Counted from the stretch's first letter, positions 29,360 through 38,003 are shown. The stretch: 64,000 nt of DNA from Minisyncoccota bacterium (GCA_041660105.1 JBAZWZ010000001.1:64523-128522); one strand, 5' to 3'. The notes: generated by a model from the letters alone, not told the origin. A program made the numbers and translations.

Positions 29360-29821
29360 TTATTCTGACATATACTGCCTTTCTAGGGTTTCAAATTGCT
29401 CCTGCGTTATGTCTGTATTATTTCCATTAATATCAACTACCCCGTATTCTTTAGTCCCCTTACCTAAACCTGAGGATGTTGTCACAAACCAAGCCATCTG
29501 CTTATTCTCTAGCCCATCATAAATCGTTACTGATGTACTTAAGAAATTCTTATCAGCAAGTATGTCGGTAATTTCCACAAAACACTTTTGCAGTTTTGTA
29601 TTGTAGTGACTTGAGAAGTCTTGAGTTGAATTACTTATATTTTTTGATGCTTCCTGCTTGTACCTACTAAGTGCGTCCTTCCCTCTTTGAGCACAATCAG
29701 CTTTCCTGAGTACGAGATTTTGAGCATTTTGATTTGCTGGAAGGTAAAAAACGAAAAAATAACTAGCAGAAAGCGCAAAAATTAAAACAGAAGAAGTAAT
29801 GATGATTTTATTAACATTCAT
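29360..29821 (-). CDS. Membrane-anchored exported protein
   Basis: N-terminal TM, Cys pair, HYNTKLQKCFV. Confidence 0.7.
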   Translation of the reverse strand: MNVNKIIITSSVLIFALSASYFFVFYLPANQNAQNLVLRKADCAQRGKDALSRYKQEASKNISNSTQDFSSHYNTKLQKCFVEITDILADKNFLSTSVTIYDGLENKQMAWFVTTSSGLGKGTKEYGVVDINGNNTDITQEQFETLERQYMSE

Positions 29822-29922
29822 ATAAATGTAAGGAGAAATGTCTAGTGAATTGTTAACTCAAGTCTATACCTCTCCTGATATTAATTCAATACTCTACTTG
29901 TGGACCTCTATTAATCACAAAA

Positions 29923-30027
29923 TCACGCATTTATAAGGGCTAATTGCAAAGCAGGGCTACTTTGGTAGTACGTCCAGAAACGTGAAAGGTAGGTTTTTAC
30001 ATGGTTCAATGTTTTTCGCTGTGTGTC
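29923..30027 (-). other. Detached 34-codon C-terminal segment of the integrase (attR side)
   Basis: DTQRKTLNHVKTYLSRFWTYYQSSPALQLALINA*, in frame with integrase ...HDV across the TCCACA core. Confidence 0.75.
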
Positions 30028-30114
30028 CACAGAATACAAAAACCGCACAACTAAGTTGTGCGGTTTTTGTATTCTGTGGAGATGGAGCAAGCGGAGCTTG
30101 CGTGGGGAATCGAA
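30026..30114. repeat. Displaced tmRNA trailer: long hairpin plus inverted copy of the tmRNA 3' end
   Basis: TCCACAGAATACAAAAACCGCACAAC-TAA-GTTGTGCGGTTTTTGTATTCTGTGGA, extending as GTGGAGATGG-(18 nt)-GGGGAATCGAA, antisense to tmRNA 21718-21738. Confidence 0.85.
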
Positions 30115-30376
30115 AGGCACAGTGATGTTTTGTCGACTCACTGGGAGACAAAACCACGAGCCGGGGTAGCGGGTACTTAGCCCCCGCAACTTGCGGAGCA
30201 AGTGAGAAGACTTAGTAATCCGTGACCGATGAACCTGGAATCAAAAAGCGCAGGCGGTACACAAAACGAGCGAAGCGAGTACTTGTCGCCGAGTCGGGGT
30301 CGAGAGTACTTAGTGCTCGCAGTGTGTAATCACACGAGAACACTTAGTAACTCGTGACCGATGAACCCGGAATCAA
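30106..30376 (+). repeat. Two tandem structured units of 131 and 132 bp
   Basis: GGAATC at 30106, 30237 and 30369; shared GAGYCGGGGT, GTACTTAG, ACTTAGTAA..CGTGACCGATGAACCYGGAATCAA. Confidence 0.85.
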
Positions 30377-30723
30377 GAAAAAATTTTGCAATTATCCACC
30401 ATTTTGTCCACAGTTCTGTCAATTATACCTTGATTTAGCAGCATTATTTTGAAGAAAAATATTATAATGATTTTTTTCATATTGGCAACCCTTATAATTT
30501 AACGCTTATTTGCCAAAATTTTAGACATTCTTTTTTGCGTGTGACGTAGTCATAAAAATATACAAAATTACTTCCGCTCTAATTTTGCTTTATGCTATTA
30601 TTGAATACGTTAGGCTATCCCTTGTAGCCACATATTGTCGGTTACAAGGGGTGGCGTAGCAATCAGGTTAAGCCATTAATGGGCTTCCCCAGCCCTGTCT
30701 TCCTCGGACACTGAAAAGAGGTA

Positions 30724-30873
30724 ATGATGAGTAAATTCATACATTGTCATCCGTCTGGAAAGTTGATGTGGTGCCAACACTACAATGGTAGTTGGGTGGC
30801 ATTCCCTATCGACAAGAACGATAAGGATGAGGACGTGATAAAAGAAATCGCCACTGCTTCGAAAGAAGAGTAG
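30724..30873 (+). CDS. 49-aa protein with WCQHYNGSW motif
   Basis: Below the ORF-track cutoff. GAGGT SD; MMSKFIHCHPSGKLMWCQHYNGSWVAFPIDKNDKDEDVIKEIATASKEE. Confidence 0.7.
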   Translation: MMSKFIHCHPSGKLMWCQHYNGSWVAFPIDKNDKDEDVIKEIATASKEE

Positions 30874-30971
30874 CGAGATCAATTTTCATTTGTTTTGTTT
30901 CTCTGCATTACGCAATAATGCAGGCCTTCCCATTAAAGGGCGGGCAGAAAAAGTAATTCGAAAGTCGATTT

Positions 30972-31043
30972 GGGCCCGTAGTGTATCGGTTAGCACACCA
31001 GCCTTATAAACAGGGAGTGCCAGTTCGATTCTGGTCGGGTCCA
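30972..31043 (+). tRNA. tRNA with TAT anticodon (Ile), anticodon stem imperfect, possibly decaying
   Basis: GGGCCCG/CGGGTCC acceptor, CT-TAT-AA loop, GCCAG-TTCGATT-CTGGT T-arm, A73; anticodon stem CCAGC/ACAGG has two mismatches. Confidence 0.7.
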
Positions 31044-31477
31044 CATTACTTTTTCTGCTCACTCTTCAATTTTCAAACAGCAAAAACAACCTTTCTTCTA
31101 GAAGGTTGTTTTTTGATTACTAAAAATGATAATTTTCATATACTAAAAAGGTTTCCTCTTCCCTCTCCAGTCCAACAATTCATACAATTACCTTAGGCTT
31201 AGTATACTATCTTTTTACAAAGTATTGTCAACAAAATATGCCAAATTTGGCCGAGTTATCCACAGTTTATAAAATATCTATATTTATCAAGCCAATTTAC
31301 TACGACTTTTTGGACCAAAATACATTTATTCCTCCCCCTACCTCCTCACCCCCACCCAAAACTCCACTCCTTCAATCTCAAACTGCTGTAGCCCCACCAC
31401 GAGGTCTTTGTTCCTTGACCTAACAGCCATTAAATACTAGTATCTCCTTAGTAGTTCTAATTAGTTTAAAGGAGTGA

Positions 31478-31861
31478 ATGATGAGCAAAACAACTGGCGT
31501 AACAATTAGTAGAGTAGTTATTCTTGAATCCCCGTACGCGGGAGACGTTAGAAAAAATCTAAAATACGTTCGAGCTTGTATGCATGACTGCCTCCTGAAA
31601 GGCGACGCGCCGTTCCCCTCTCACGCCCTGTACACACAGGAAGGCGTCCTTGACGACCTCATCCCTGACGAACGACAGCTTGGGATTGAGGCTGGTTTGG
31701 CTTGGGGGGAGAGAGCTGATGCCACTGTCGTTTACATAGACCTCGGTATCAGCGGTGGAATGAAGCTCGGCATCAAGCGTGCACAAGATGCAGATCGCCC
31801 TATTGAATATCGGAGACTGGGCGGTGAATGGTCAACGAAAACCAACTCGGAGGTCCTATGA
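31478..31861 (+). CDS. Phage-type hypothetical protein (nucleoside deoxyribosyltransferase-like fold likely)
   Basis: VILESPYAGD..PFPSHALY..GIEAG..VYIDLGISGGMKLGI. Confidence 0.65.
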   Translation: MMSKTTGVTISRVVILESPYAGDVRKNLKYVRACMHDCLLKGDAPFPSHALYTQEGVLDDLIPDERQLGIEAGLAWGERADATVVYIDLGISGGMKLGIKRAQDADRPIEYRRLGGEWSTKTNSEVL

Positions 31862-32064
31862 TCCAAAAAGAGGCGCCTTGTCTCACCCGTGGTTGCCACG
31901 TAACACTCATAAAGAAACCTGCTGGATACCTTTCGCAACACGTACCTCTAACTCTTGGAAATACTTATGAGTTCCTCGAGTGGAGCGGTTCGTGTGTCGT
32001 CATCACGACCGACATACCTGGTGAAACAACAAGTGTTCATTATTCACACATCGCTCCAGTGTAA
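31858..32064 (+). CDS. 68-aa hypothetical protein
   Basis: GGAGG SD, ATGA overlap with the upstream gene, terminator hairpin at 32067-32096. Confidence 0.6.
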   Translation: MIQKEAPCLTRGCHVTLIKKPAGYLSQHVPLTLGNTYEFLEWSGSCVVITTDIPGETTSVHYSHIAPV

Positions 32065-32178
32065 CTATCCCCGCAGGCCGTAAGGCTTGCGGGGATTTTC
32101 TTTACAATCCTCGCGGATGTGCTAGATTCAAAAGAGGAACACAAAGCACATTATAACCAACCACACAGGAGGCTCATT

Positions 32179-32952
32179 ATGAAATGGCCAGCAAGCTTCA
32201 CTATCGTCCGTCACGGGCAATCCGAGTACAACGTTTTACGTGCAAAGAAAGAAGCGAGCACATTGTATCAAGAGTTCAAAAAATCCTTTGAACAGGATCC
32301 TGAGTGCGAAAGAACACACAGACTTGCTCTTGAAGTGCAAAATGAATTTGCCCTCGGCACAAGCGATTACGAAACACGTCTCACTGAAGAAGGCATGCAC
32401 CAAGCGCGGGAAACGGGGAAAAAACTTTCTACCCTTATTGCGGTCCCTAATGTCGTGTTCGTCTCTCCATATCTTCGCACCAGAAACACGTTTGAGTGTA
32501 TCGCGGAGGAGTGGCCTGCGCTTGCGGATGTAAAAATTGTCTACGACGATCGCATTCGCGAACAAGAACATGGCTTATCACTTCTTTATAACGACAGGCG
32601 TGTATTCCACGCTCTGCACCCTGAGCAAAGAAAACTTTTTGAACTCATGGGGCCGTACTGGTATCGATATCCACAAGGTGAATCGGTTTCGGACACGCGC
32701 GACCGAGAACGAGAGTTTGCGGGGATGCTCATTCGTGAGTATTCAGAAGCAGACGTTCTTGCAATCACGCACCATCTGACTATCCTTTCGACACGAGCAA
32801 ACCACGAGCGTCTCACCCCTGAGCAATTTATCCATCTGGATGAGAACCACAAACCCGTGAATTGCGGGGTGACGAATTATATCGGCAACCCCTATGCAGG
32901 CTCAAATGGCAAGCTTGAGTTGGAATTCTACAACAAACAGCTCTGGGAGTAA
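32179..32952 (+). CDS. Histidine phosphatase (PGM-like) family protein
   Basis: VRHGQS, LTEEG..QA, SPYLRT, RIREQ, GES, ITH. Confidence 0.92.
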   Translation: MKWPASFTIVRHGQSEYNVLRAKKEASTLYQEFKKSFEQDPECERTHRLALEVQNEFALGTSDYETRLTEEGMHQARETGKKLSTLIAVPNVVFVSPYLRTRNTFECIAEEWPALADVKIVYDDRIREQEHGLSLLYNDRRVFHALHPEQRKLFELMGPYWYRYPQGESVSDTRDREREFAGMLIREYSEADVLAITHHLTILSTRANHERLTPEQFIHLDENHKPVNCGVTNYIGNPYAGSNGKLELEFYNKQLWE

Positions 32953-33007
32953 TTTCTTAGGCAAACAAAATCCCGAGACCAGCACACGCTGATCTCGGGA
33001 TACTTTT

Positions 33008-33379
33008 TTACCATTTCGGAATCTTCCACACGAGGTTATGACTTAAAACGAGCTCAAAGACCTCGTCACCACAATCGCCATACACGCCCATCTCCCCAAC
33101 ACCAACAATGTCATCAAACAACTGCACGAACTTGCTGAGCGTAATGCTTTTTTGATGAGCGCAGCCAGCTTCGTGGAGCACATCGAGGACTCCGTATAAA
33201 TTGAATCCGACGAGTGGCCTGTATTTTGAAGTAGGATTGCTATCCACGAGAGCTTCGAATCTCGGGTGGAAAATTTCGACATCCACCGCGCGGTCAAGAA
33301 AAATTGCCTGCAACATCCCCAGATCCTCATAGTACACAAGGTGGGGCACAAAAACATCATCTCTTGCAATTTTCATCAT
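33008..33379 (-). CDS. Hypothetical protein
   Basis: AAGGAG SD, 123-aa ORF, shared terminator at ~32969-33001. Confidence 0.6.
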   Translation of the reverse strand: MMKIARDDVFVPHLVYYEDLGMLQAIFLDRAVDVEIFHPRFEALVDSNPTSKYRPLVGFNLYGVLDVLHEAGCAHQKSITLSKFVQLFDDIVGVGEMGVYGDCGDEVFELVLSHNLVWKIPKW

Positions 33380-33505
33380 TTTCTCCTTAAAATGGTTACA
33401 GAGAGCTTCTCAGGCAACAATACCACAAAATCTGTAAATTGGAATACCGCGATTCAAGGGCAAAAAAGTAGGCAAAAAGTAGGTGGGATAGTATAATATT
33501 AAACA

Positions 33506-34633
33506 ATGAAAGACGACGAAATTCCTGGAATATATTTTGGAACACCTGGTTCACCCACTCCTCTAAGTAGAATAGGGGGCCCAGTTGTGTCCGATAATAA
33601 AAGTGTACACACAATGAAGGATGACATTCTCGAGGCGAAGAAGCTCGAAGAAAGCAAACCCGTTGTCCCCGTCTCCCCAAAAGTTAATCCTCTCAAGAAA
33701 ATATGGGCGAATATTTCTGGAGAAACAAAGCGTGAAGAAGCATCAGCGAAAGATCGCGCACAAAAGGAAGCTGAGGTTGCCAAAGTCGCTGCAGAAAAAG
33801 CGCGTATAGAAGAAGAGCTTGCTGCTAAAGCTCAGGAAGAGAAGCGAGTGTTGGAAGAAGCGGAAGCAGTAAAAAAAGCAGAGAGGAAGGCGCTTGAGGA
33901 TGAGGCTAGAGCTAATATTCTTGCAGAAAAAGAAGCAGCAGCAAACCTTATCAAACAAAAAGAAGATGCGGTAGCGGAAGCTATTGTCGCAGCAACACCC
34001 GAAGCCACAGCAACGAGAAGCCGTGCGGTATCTGCAGTGTCTGAAAAAGCAGCAGAAATCATCGATGCACAAACAAGAGCCCTCGCAGAGACAGTAGATG
34101 AAGCTAGTGAAATCGTTGAAAAGAAGGAACGGGTTCGCGCAAATATTGCAAAAATTATTGAGGACGAAGAACAAGGTCTTGCACAAGTAACAAAATTTAT
34201 CGAGGAAGAAGAACGTGCGCGTGCGGGGATGATAAAAGCTGAGGCTTCCCACAAAAGAGAACAGGCTGAAATGTCGGCAAAAAAAGCTGAGGCAATGCTT
34301 GTAAAAGAAAAAAGTGAGGCAGCAGCAGCAGAAATCATTGCAAACAAAGAACGCGCTGAAGCAAAAGAAGCAGAGGCTGTTGCCTTGCGTGAAAGGGCTC
34401 ACGCAAACGAAGCTAGAGAAGAAGAGTCGAAAGTAATCTTTGCTGCTGATAAACAAGTACAGATTGCCGTTGAAGCAGCTGAAAAAGAAATAGCACTCTT
34501 ACAGAAACAATCACGCGCAGAAGCGGAAGCCATAGCACAAGCGCAAGAAGAAGCGCGAGAAGCTGAGGTCGCGGAGGTGACAAAGATTGCCGCTATTAAG
34601 AAGGGTGCGCATCCCACCTCAAAGACTAACTAA
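33506..34633 (+). CDS. Ala/Glu/Lys-rich coiled-coil protein
   Basis: Long low-complexity helical ORF, TATAAT 8 nt upstream, terminator at 34646-34679. Confidence 0.8.
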   Translation: MKDDEIPGIYFGTPGSPTPLSRIGGPVVSDNKSVHTMKDDILEAKKLEESKPVVPVSPKVNPLKKIWANISGETKREEASAKDRAQKEAEVAKVAAEKARIEEELAAKAQEEKRVLEEAEAVKKAERKALEDEARANILAEKEAAANLIKQKEDAVAEAIVAATPEATATRSRAVSAVSEKAAEIIDAQTRALAETVDEASEIVEKKERVRANIAKIIEDEEQGLAQVTKFIEEEERARAGMIKAEASHKREQAEMSAKKAEAMLVKEKSEAAAAEIIANKERAEAKEAEAVALRERAHANEAREEESKVIFAADKQVQIAVEAAEKEIALLQKQSRAEAEAIAQAQEEAREAEVAEVTKIAAIKKGAHPTSKTN

Positions 34634-34714
34634 TCTTTCTAAAACAAAAAGGACGCGACCGTCGGTCGCGTCCTTTTTTACTATTAGCTATTGGCTATTG
34701 ACCAACAACTGTCC

Positions 34715-35761
34715 CTAGTATCCTTCCCCTTCTTTGTTGTGAGCAAAGTTTGACCCGAACACCTTGTGTAAGTACCAGTTGTATGCGAATACGATTGGAA
34801 GGATTGGCCCAATACCATAGAGCATAAACTTGAGCGTTGAGTCAGGGGACGCAACGTCAAAGATGGTGACTGCAGGTGGGACGATATAAGGGAAGAGTCC
34901 CACAACCATACCAGCATACCCGAGAACGAAGATAAGCATTGCAAAGAAGTGCATTTGCTCAGGATTCTTTTTTGCGATTGCGTTATAACCAAGGATTACG
35001 CTCGTCATAAAGATAGCTCCTGCAATAAGATAGAGGAGGTAACTCGTTGGCGCAGCGGTCCACGCCGTCATAAAGATGTAGCTCATATTTGGGAGAACAA
35101 ATGTTGCAGTTAGAAGGGCGAGGAATGTAACCACTGATGCTCCAAGAATACGTGGGAACGTTTCAACTTGAAGTGCATAATCAATCTTTCCAATGAGGGC
35201 TGAGTACCCAAGTACAACATACGCAAAGAAAAGTCCGATAGTAAACAGAAGTGTAAATGGTGTGAGGAAGTCAAAAGCACCACCACCAAAGTGTCCGTCT
35301 ACGATTTTAATACCACTCAAGAGTCCTCCAAAAAGAAGACCGTGACCAATAGCCACAAGAAGACTTCCGACACCAAACACCTTTGTCCACAAACTCTTCA
35401 TTTCTGAGAATTCAAAAAAGGCGAACGATCCCGCGCGAAGAATAATACCAACCGCAATAACGATTGCGGGGACAAAGAGTGCGTTGAGTCCGATAGCGTA
35501 CACTGCAGGGAATGCACCAAAGAGCGAGCCGGCCGCTACGAGAAGCCACGTTTCGTTGGCATCCCAGATAGGACCCACCACATGAAGCATTAATGAACGA
35601 TTGTCCTCCTTCTGAGGAAGAAGCGACAAAATACCAATACCGAGGTTCCCACCATCGAGAAGGATATAGAGCGCGAGCTCAATACCAATGATGGCAAACC
35701 AGACTATAGGGAGAAGTGGGATATGAGCTCCTGAAGTAGCCAATGTAATAAAATCATTCAT
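34715..35761 (-). CDS. cydB: Cytochrome bd quinol oxidase subunit II
   Basis: LYILLDG.NLGIG, GPIWDANETWL, AFPAVY, LFPYIVP. Confidence 0.93.
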   Translation of the reverse strand: MNDFITLATSGAHIPLLPIVWFAIIGIELALYILLDGGNLGIGILSLLPQKEDNRSLMLHVVGPIWDANETWLLVAAGSLFGAFPAVYAIGLNALFVPAIVIAVGIILRAGSFAFFEFSEMKSLWTKVFGVGSLLVAIGHGLLFGGLLSGIKIVDGHFGGGAFDFLTPFTLLFTIGLFFAYVVLGYSALIGKIDYALQVETFPRILGASVVTFLALLTATFVLPNMSYIFMTAWTAAPTSYLLYLIAGAIFMTSVILGYNAIAKKNPEQMHFFAMLIFVLGYAGMVVGLFPYIVPPAVTIFDVASPDSTLKFMLYGIGPILPIVFAYNWYLHKVFGSNFAHNKEGEGY

Positions 35762-35766
35762 GATAG

Positions 35767-37143
35767 TTATATTGTTGCGTTAAAATCAGGACCCTTTTCA
35801 GTAATCCTACGAATAAAATGAACGAGGAGCGAGAACAAAGCTATATAAATTGCAACGATTGCCACAATCAAGAATATAATGATACCCGCGTTCAAGTTCG
35901 AAGAGAGGGATTGCGCAATCGTAAGATTGTGATAGATCATATATGGCTGACGTCCGATCTCACGAGCCATCCACCCCATTTCAACAGCGATGAATCCGAG
36001 TGGGATCATCCACACGAAGAAACGAAGGAAGCCCTTGTGATTCTCAATGGTGTCAACCTCAAGCTTGCCACGGCGCCAGTAGTAGAGCGCAACGAGAGCA
36101 ATAGCGACCATAGCAAAGCCAATCAAAATCATAATGCGCGAAGAGTAGTACGTAAGCGCTGACTCGATGGCAGTTGGTTTCTCGTTTGTAGCGAAATCAT
36201 TGAGTCCCTTCACTTCTCCTGTCATTGTCTTTGTGGTTACAATACTAAGAGCGTTTGGAATCGAAGGCCAAGCAAATGAAGTGCCATTGTTATCCTTATT
36301 TGGAAGCGCAAATAGTGACCAAGGAGCCCCCTGACCTTGCGCATTCGTATCATAGTGAAGCTCCATTGCAGCGAACTTTGCAGGCTGATGCTTTGCTACA
36401 ATCACACCGAGGATGTCTCCGAAGATAACTTGCACTGGCGCGGCAATGAGTGCGACAACAATCGCATACTTGATAGAGTTAATAAAAAACTGAACTTTCT
36501 CACGAGTTTTGTTTTCCCTGAGGATGGCCCACGCGGATACCCCCGCAACGAGAAATAGCGTAGCCGTGACTGCAGCAAGGAGCGTGTGAAGATATGAGGT
36601 CATTGTGCCAGAATTGAAGATTGCCTGCCAGTAGTTATCAACAATGATCTTCCCTGTCACAAGGTCCATATGAGTACCTTCGGGAATCTGCATCCATGAG
36701 TTTGCCGCAATAATCCAAAAAGCTGAAAGTGTTGCAGCAAAAAAAGTAAGACCGTTTGCAATGAGGTGTACCGTGCGTGATACGTACTTCCATCCGAATA
36801 TCATAATACCGAGTGATGCTGTCTCAAGGGTAAATGCAATGGTCGTCTCGAAGCCGATGATGTTTCCAAAGAAACTTCCTGCAGCGTTTGAGAATGCTGC
36901 CCAGCTCATTCCAAACTGAAATGCCATCGGGATACCACTCGCTACTCCAATAGCAAATGAGAGAGTAAAAATCTTTAACCAGAAACGAAGCTGTTGATAA
37001 TACTCTTGTTTACCTGTCTTCAACCACATACACTCCATCACAAATAGATAAAGCGCGAGACCAATCGACATCATAGGGAATATGATGTGAAAAGCTGCGG
37101 TGGCGCCAAATTGAATGCGTGAAAGCATTAATACTAAATCCAT
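35767..37143 (-). CDS. cydA: Cytochrome bd quinol oxidase subunit I
   Basis: SRIQF..FHIIF, FQFG, ANSWMQ, QPAKFAAME, GWMAREIGRQPY. Confidence 0.95.
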   Translation of the reverse strand: MDLVLMLSRIQFGATAAFHIIFPMMSIGLALYLFVMECMWLKTGKQEYYQQLRFWLKIFTLSFAIGVASGIPMAFQFGMSWAAFSNAAGSFFGNIIGFETTIAFTLETASLGIMIFGWKYVSRTVHLIANGLTFFAATLSAFWIIAANSWMQIPEGTHMDLVTGKIIVDNYWQAIFNSGTMTSYLHTLLAAVTATLFLVAGVSAWAILRENKTREKVQFFINSIKYAIVVALIAAPVQVIFGDILGVIVAKHQPAKFAAMELHYDTNAQGQGAPWSLFALPNKDNNGTSFAWPSIPNALSIVTTKTMTGEVKGLNDFATNEKPTAIESALTYYSSRIMILIGFAMVAIALVALYYWRRGKLEVDTIENHKGFLRFFVWMIPLGFIAVEMGWMAREIGRQPYMIYHNLTIAQSLSSNLNAGIIIFLIVAIVAIYIALFSLLVHFIRRITEKGPDFNATI

Positions 37144-37240
37144 ATATAAATTTTAATTACTAATAATTGCGATGAATATATTATATACCTCACGGTGTTT
37201 AAATGACAGGTTAAAACTTAGGAAACGGTGGAAAACTAAT

Positions 37241-37353
37241 TGGGGGAACCACTGACCACTGACACCGCTATGCGGACAACTGACAAGGGAACGCCCGACA
37301 GCCTTCGGCTGTCGGGCGTTCCCGCGTTTGGTCAGTGGTCAGTTGTAAGTTGT
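37241..37353. repeat. Inverted heptamer tandem-repeat element, second copy
   Basis: GGGGAAC-(CACTGAC)2..AACTGAC, hairpin GGGAACGCCCGACAGCC-TTC-GGCTGTCGGGCGTTCCC, then GGTCAGT GGTCAGT TGTAAGT. Confidence 0.8.
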
Positions 37354-37384
37354 GGGATCGTGGGCGCCCACGACCCCTGTTTGG

Positions 37385-37413
37385 TTGACTTCTCGCCTCC
37401 TTTTGTGTAGAAT
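37385..37413 (+). promoter_or_regulatory. Sigma70-type promoter of infC-rpmI-rplT
   Basis: TTGACT-N17-TAGAAT. Confidence 0.65.
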
Positions 37414-37484
37414 ACCCCTTGACTCCGCAACTTACTTGCGGTGTTGCTAATTTACCCCATGGGCCTTAAAAGCTCTTAAATCCA

Positions 37485-38003
37485 TTGAATCCTAAGACGA
37501 AAATCAACCATCAAATTCGCGCCAAAGAACTCCGTGTTATTACGGATACGGGCGAAATTCTCGGAGTCCTTTCACTGTCGGAAGCACTCAAAAAAGCGGA
37601 GGAACTAGGGCTTGACCTCATTGAGATCTCGCCCAACGCCGAACCGCCCGTTGCGAAGATAATGGATTATGGTAAATATCAGTACCAGCAGAGCAAAAAG
37701 CAAAAAGAAGCCAAAGCTCGCACGCACGTTACGGAAACCAAAACACTACAGGTAAAGATCGGTACCTCGGAACACGACCTCGAGCTCAAAGCGAAAAACG
37801 CTTCGAAATGGCTCAAGGAAGGTCACCGTGTAAAGATTGATCTCTTCCTCGTAGGACGAACAAAGTACGCAGATATCAACTTCAAAAAAGAGCGCCTCGA
37901 CCGAGTCCTGACCCTCATCACTGAAGAATACCGTCTTTCTGGAGAGCCCCTCAAGAGCCCCAAAGGACTTTCTGTCACCCTTGAACGCGTATCAAAGAAA
38001 TAA
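37485..38003 (+). CDS. infC: Translation initiation factor IF-3 (TTG start)
   Basis: INHQIRAKELRVI, LDLIEISPNAEPPVAKIMDYGK, HDLELK. Confidence 0.96.
   Translation: MNPKTKINHQIRAKELRVITDTGEILGVLSLSEALKKAEELGLDLIEISPNAEPPVAKIMDYGKYQYQQSKKQKEAKARTHVTETKTLQVKIGTSEHDLELKAKNASKWLKEGHRVKIDLFLVGRTKYADINFKKERLDRVLTLITEEYRLSGEPLKSPKGLSVTLERVSKK

Larger units (their letters stand above)
21740..30031. mobile_element. Genomic island (about 8.3 kb) integrated at the tmRNA 3' end by a large serine recombinase
   Basis: TCCACA direct repeat at 21734-21739 and 30026-30031. Joining the island ends restores an in-frame integrase tail, and joining the flanks restores the tmRNA trailer hairpin. Cargo is AT-rich. 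Confidence 0.85.

Noticed and set aside
29895-29910. TGTGGACC as an alternative island boundary
   Set aside because: Wrong orientation for a direct repeat, and it restores neither the integrase frame nor the tmRNA trailer.
30028-30201. Upstream part of ORF 29923-30201 as a real gene
   Set aside because: It reads through hairpins and structured repeats from a weak TTG. Only the part inside attR is supported.
37420-37484. L20 leader upstream of infC
   Set aside because: Only a small CCGCAA/TTGCGG hairpin is visible, which is not enough to call without a covariance search.
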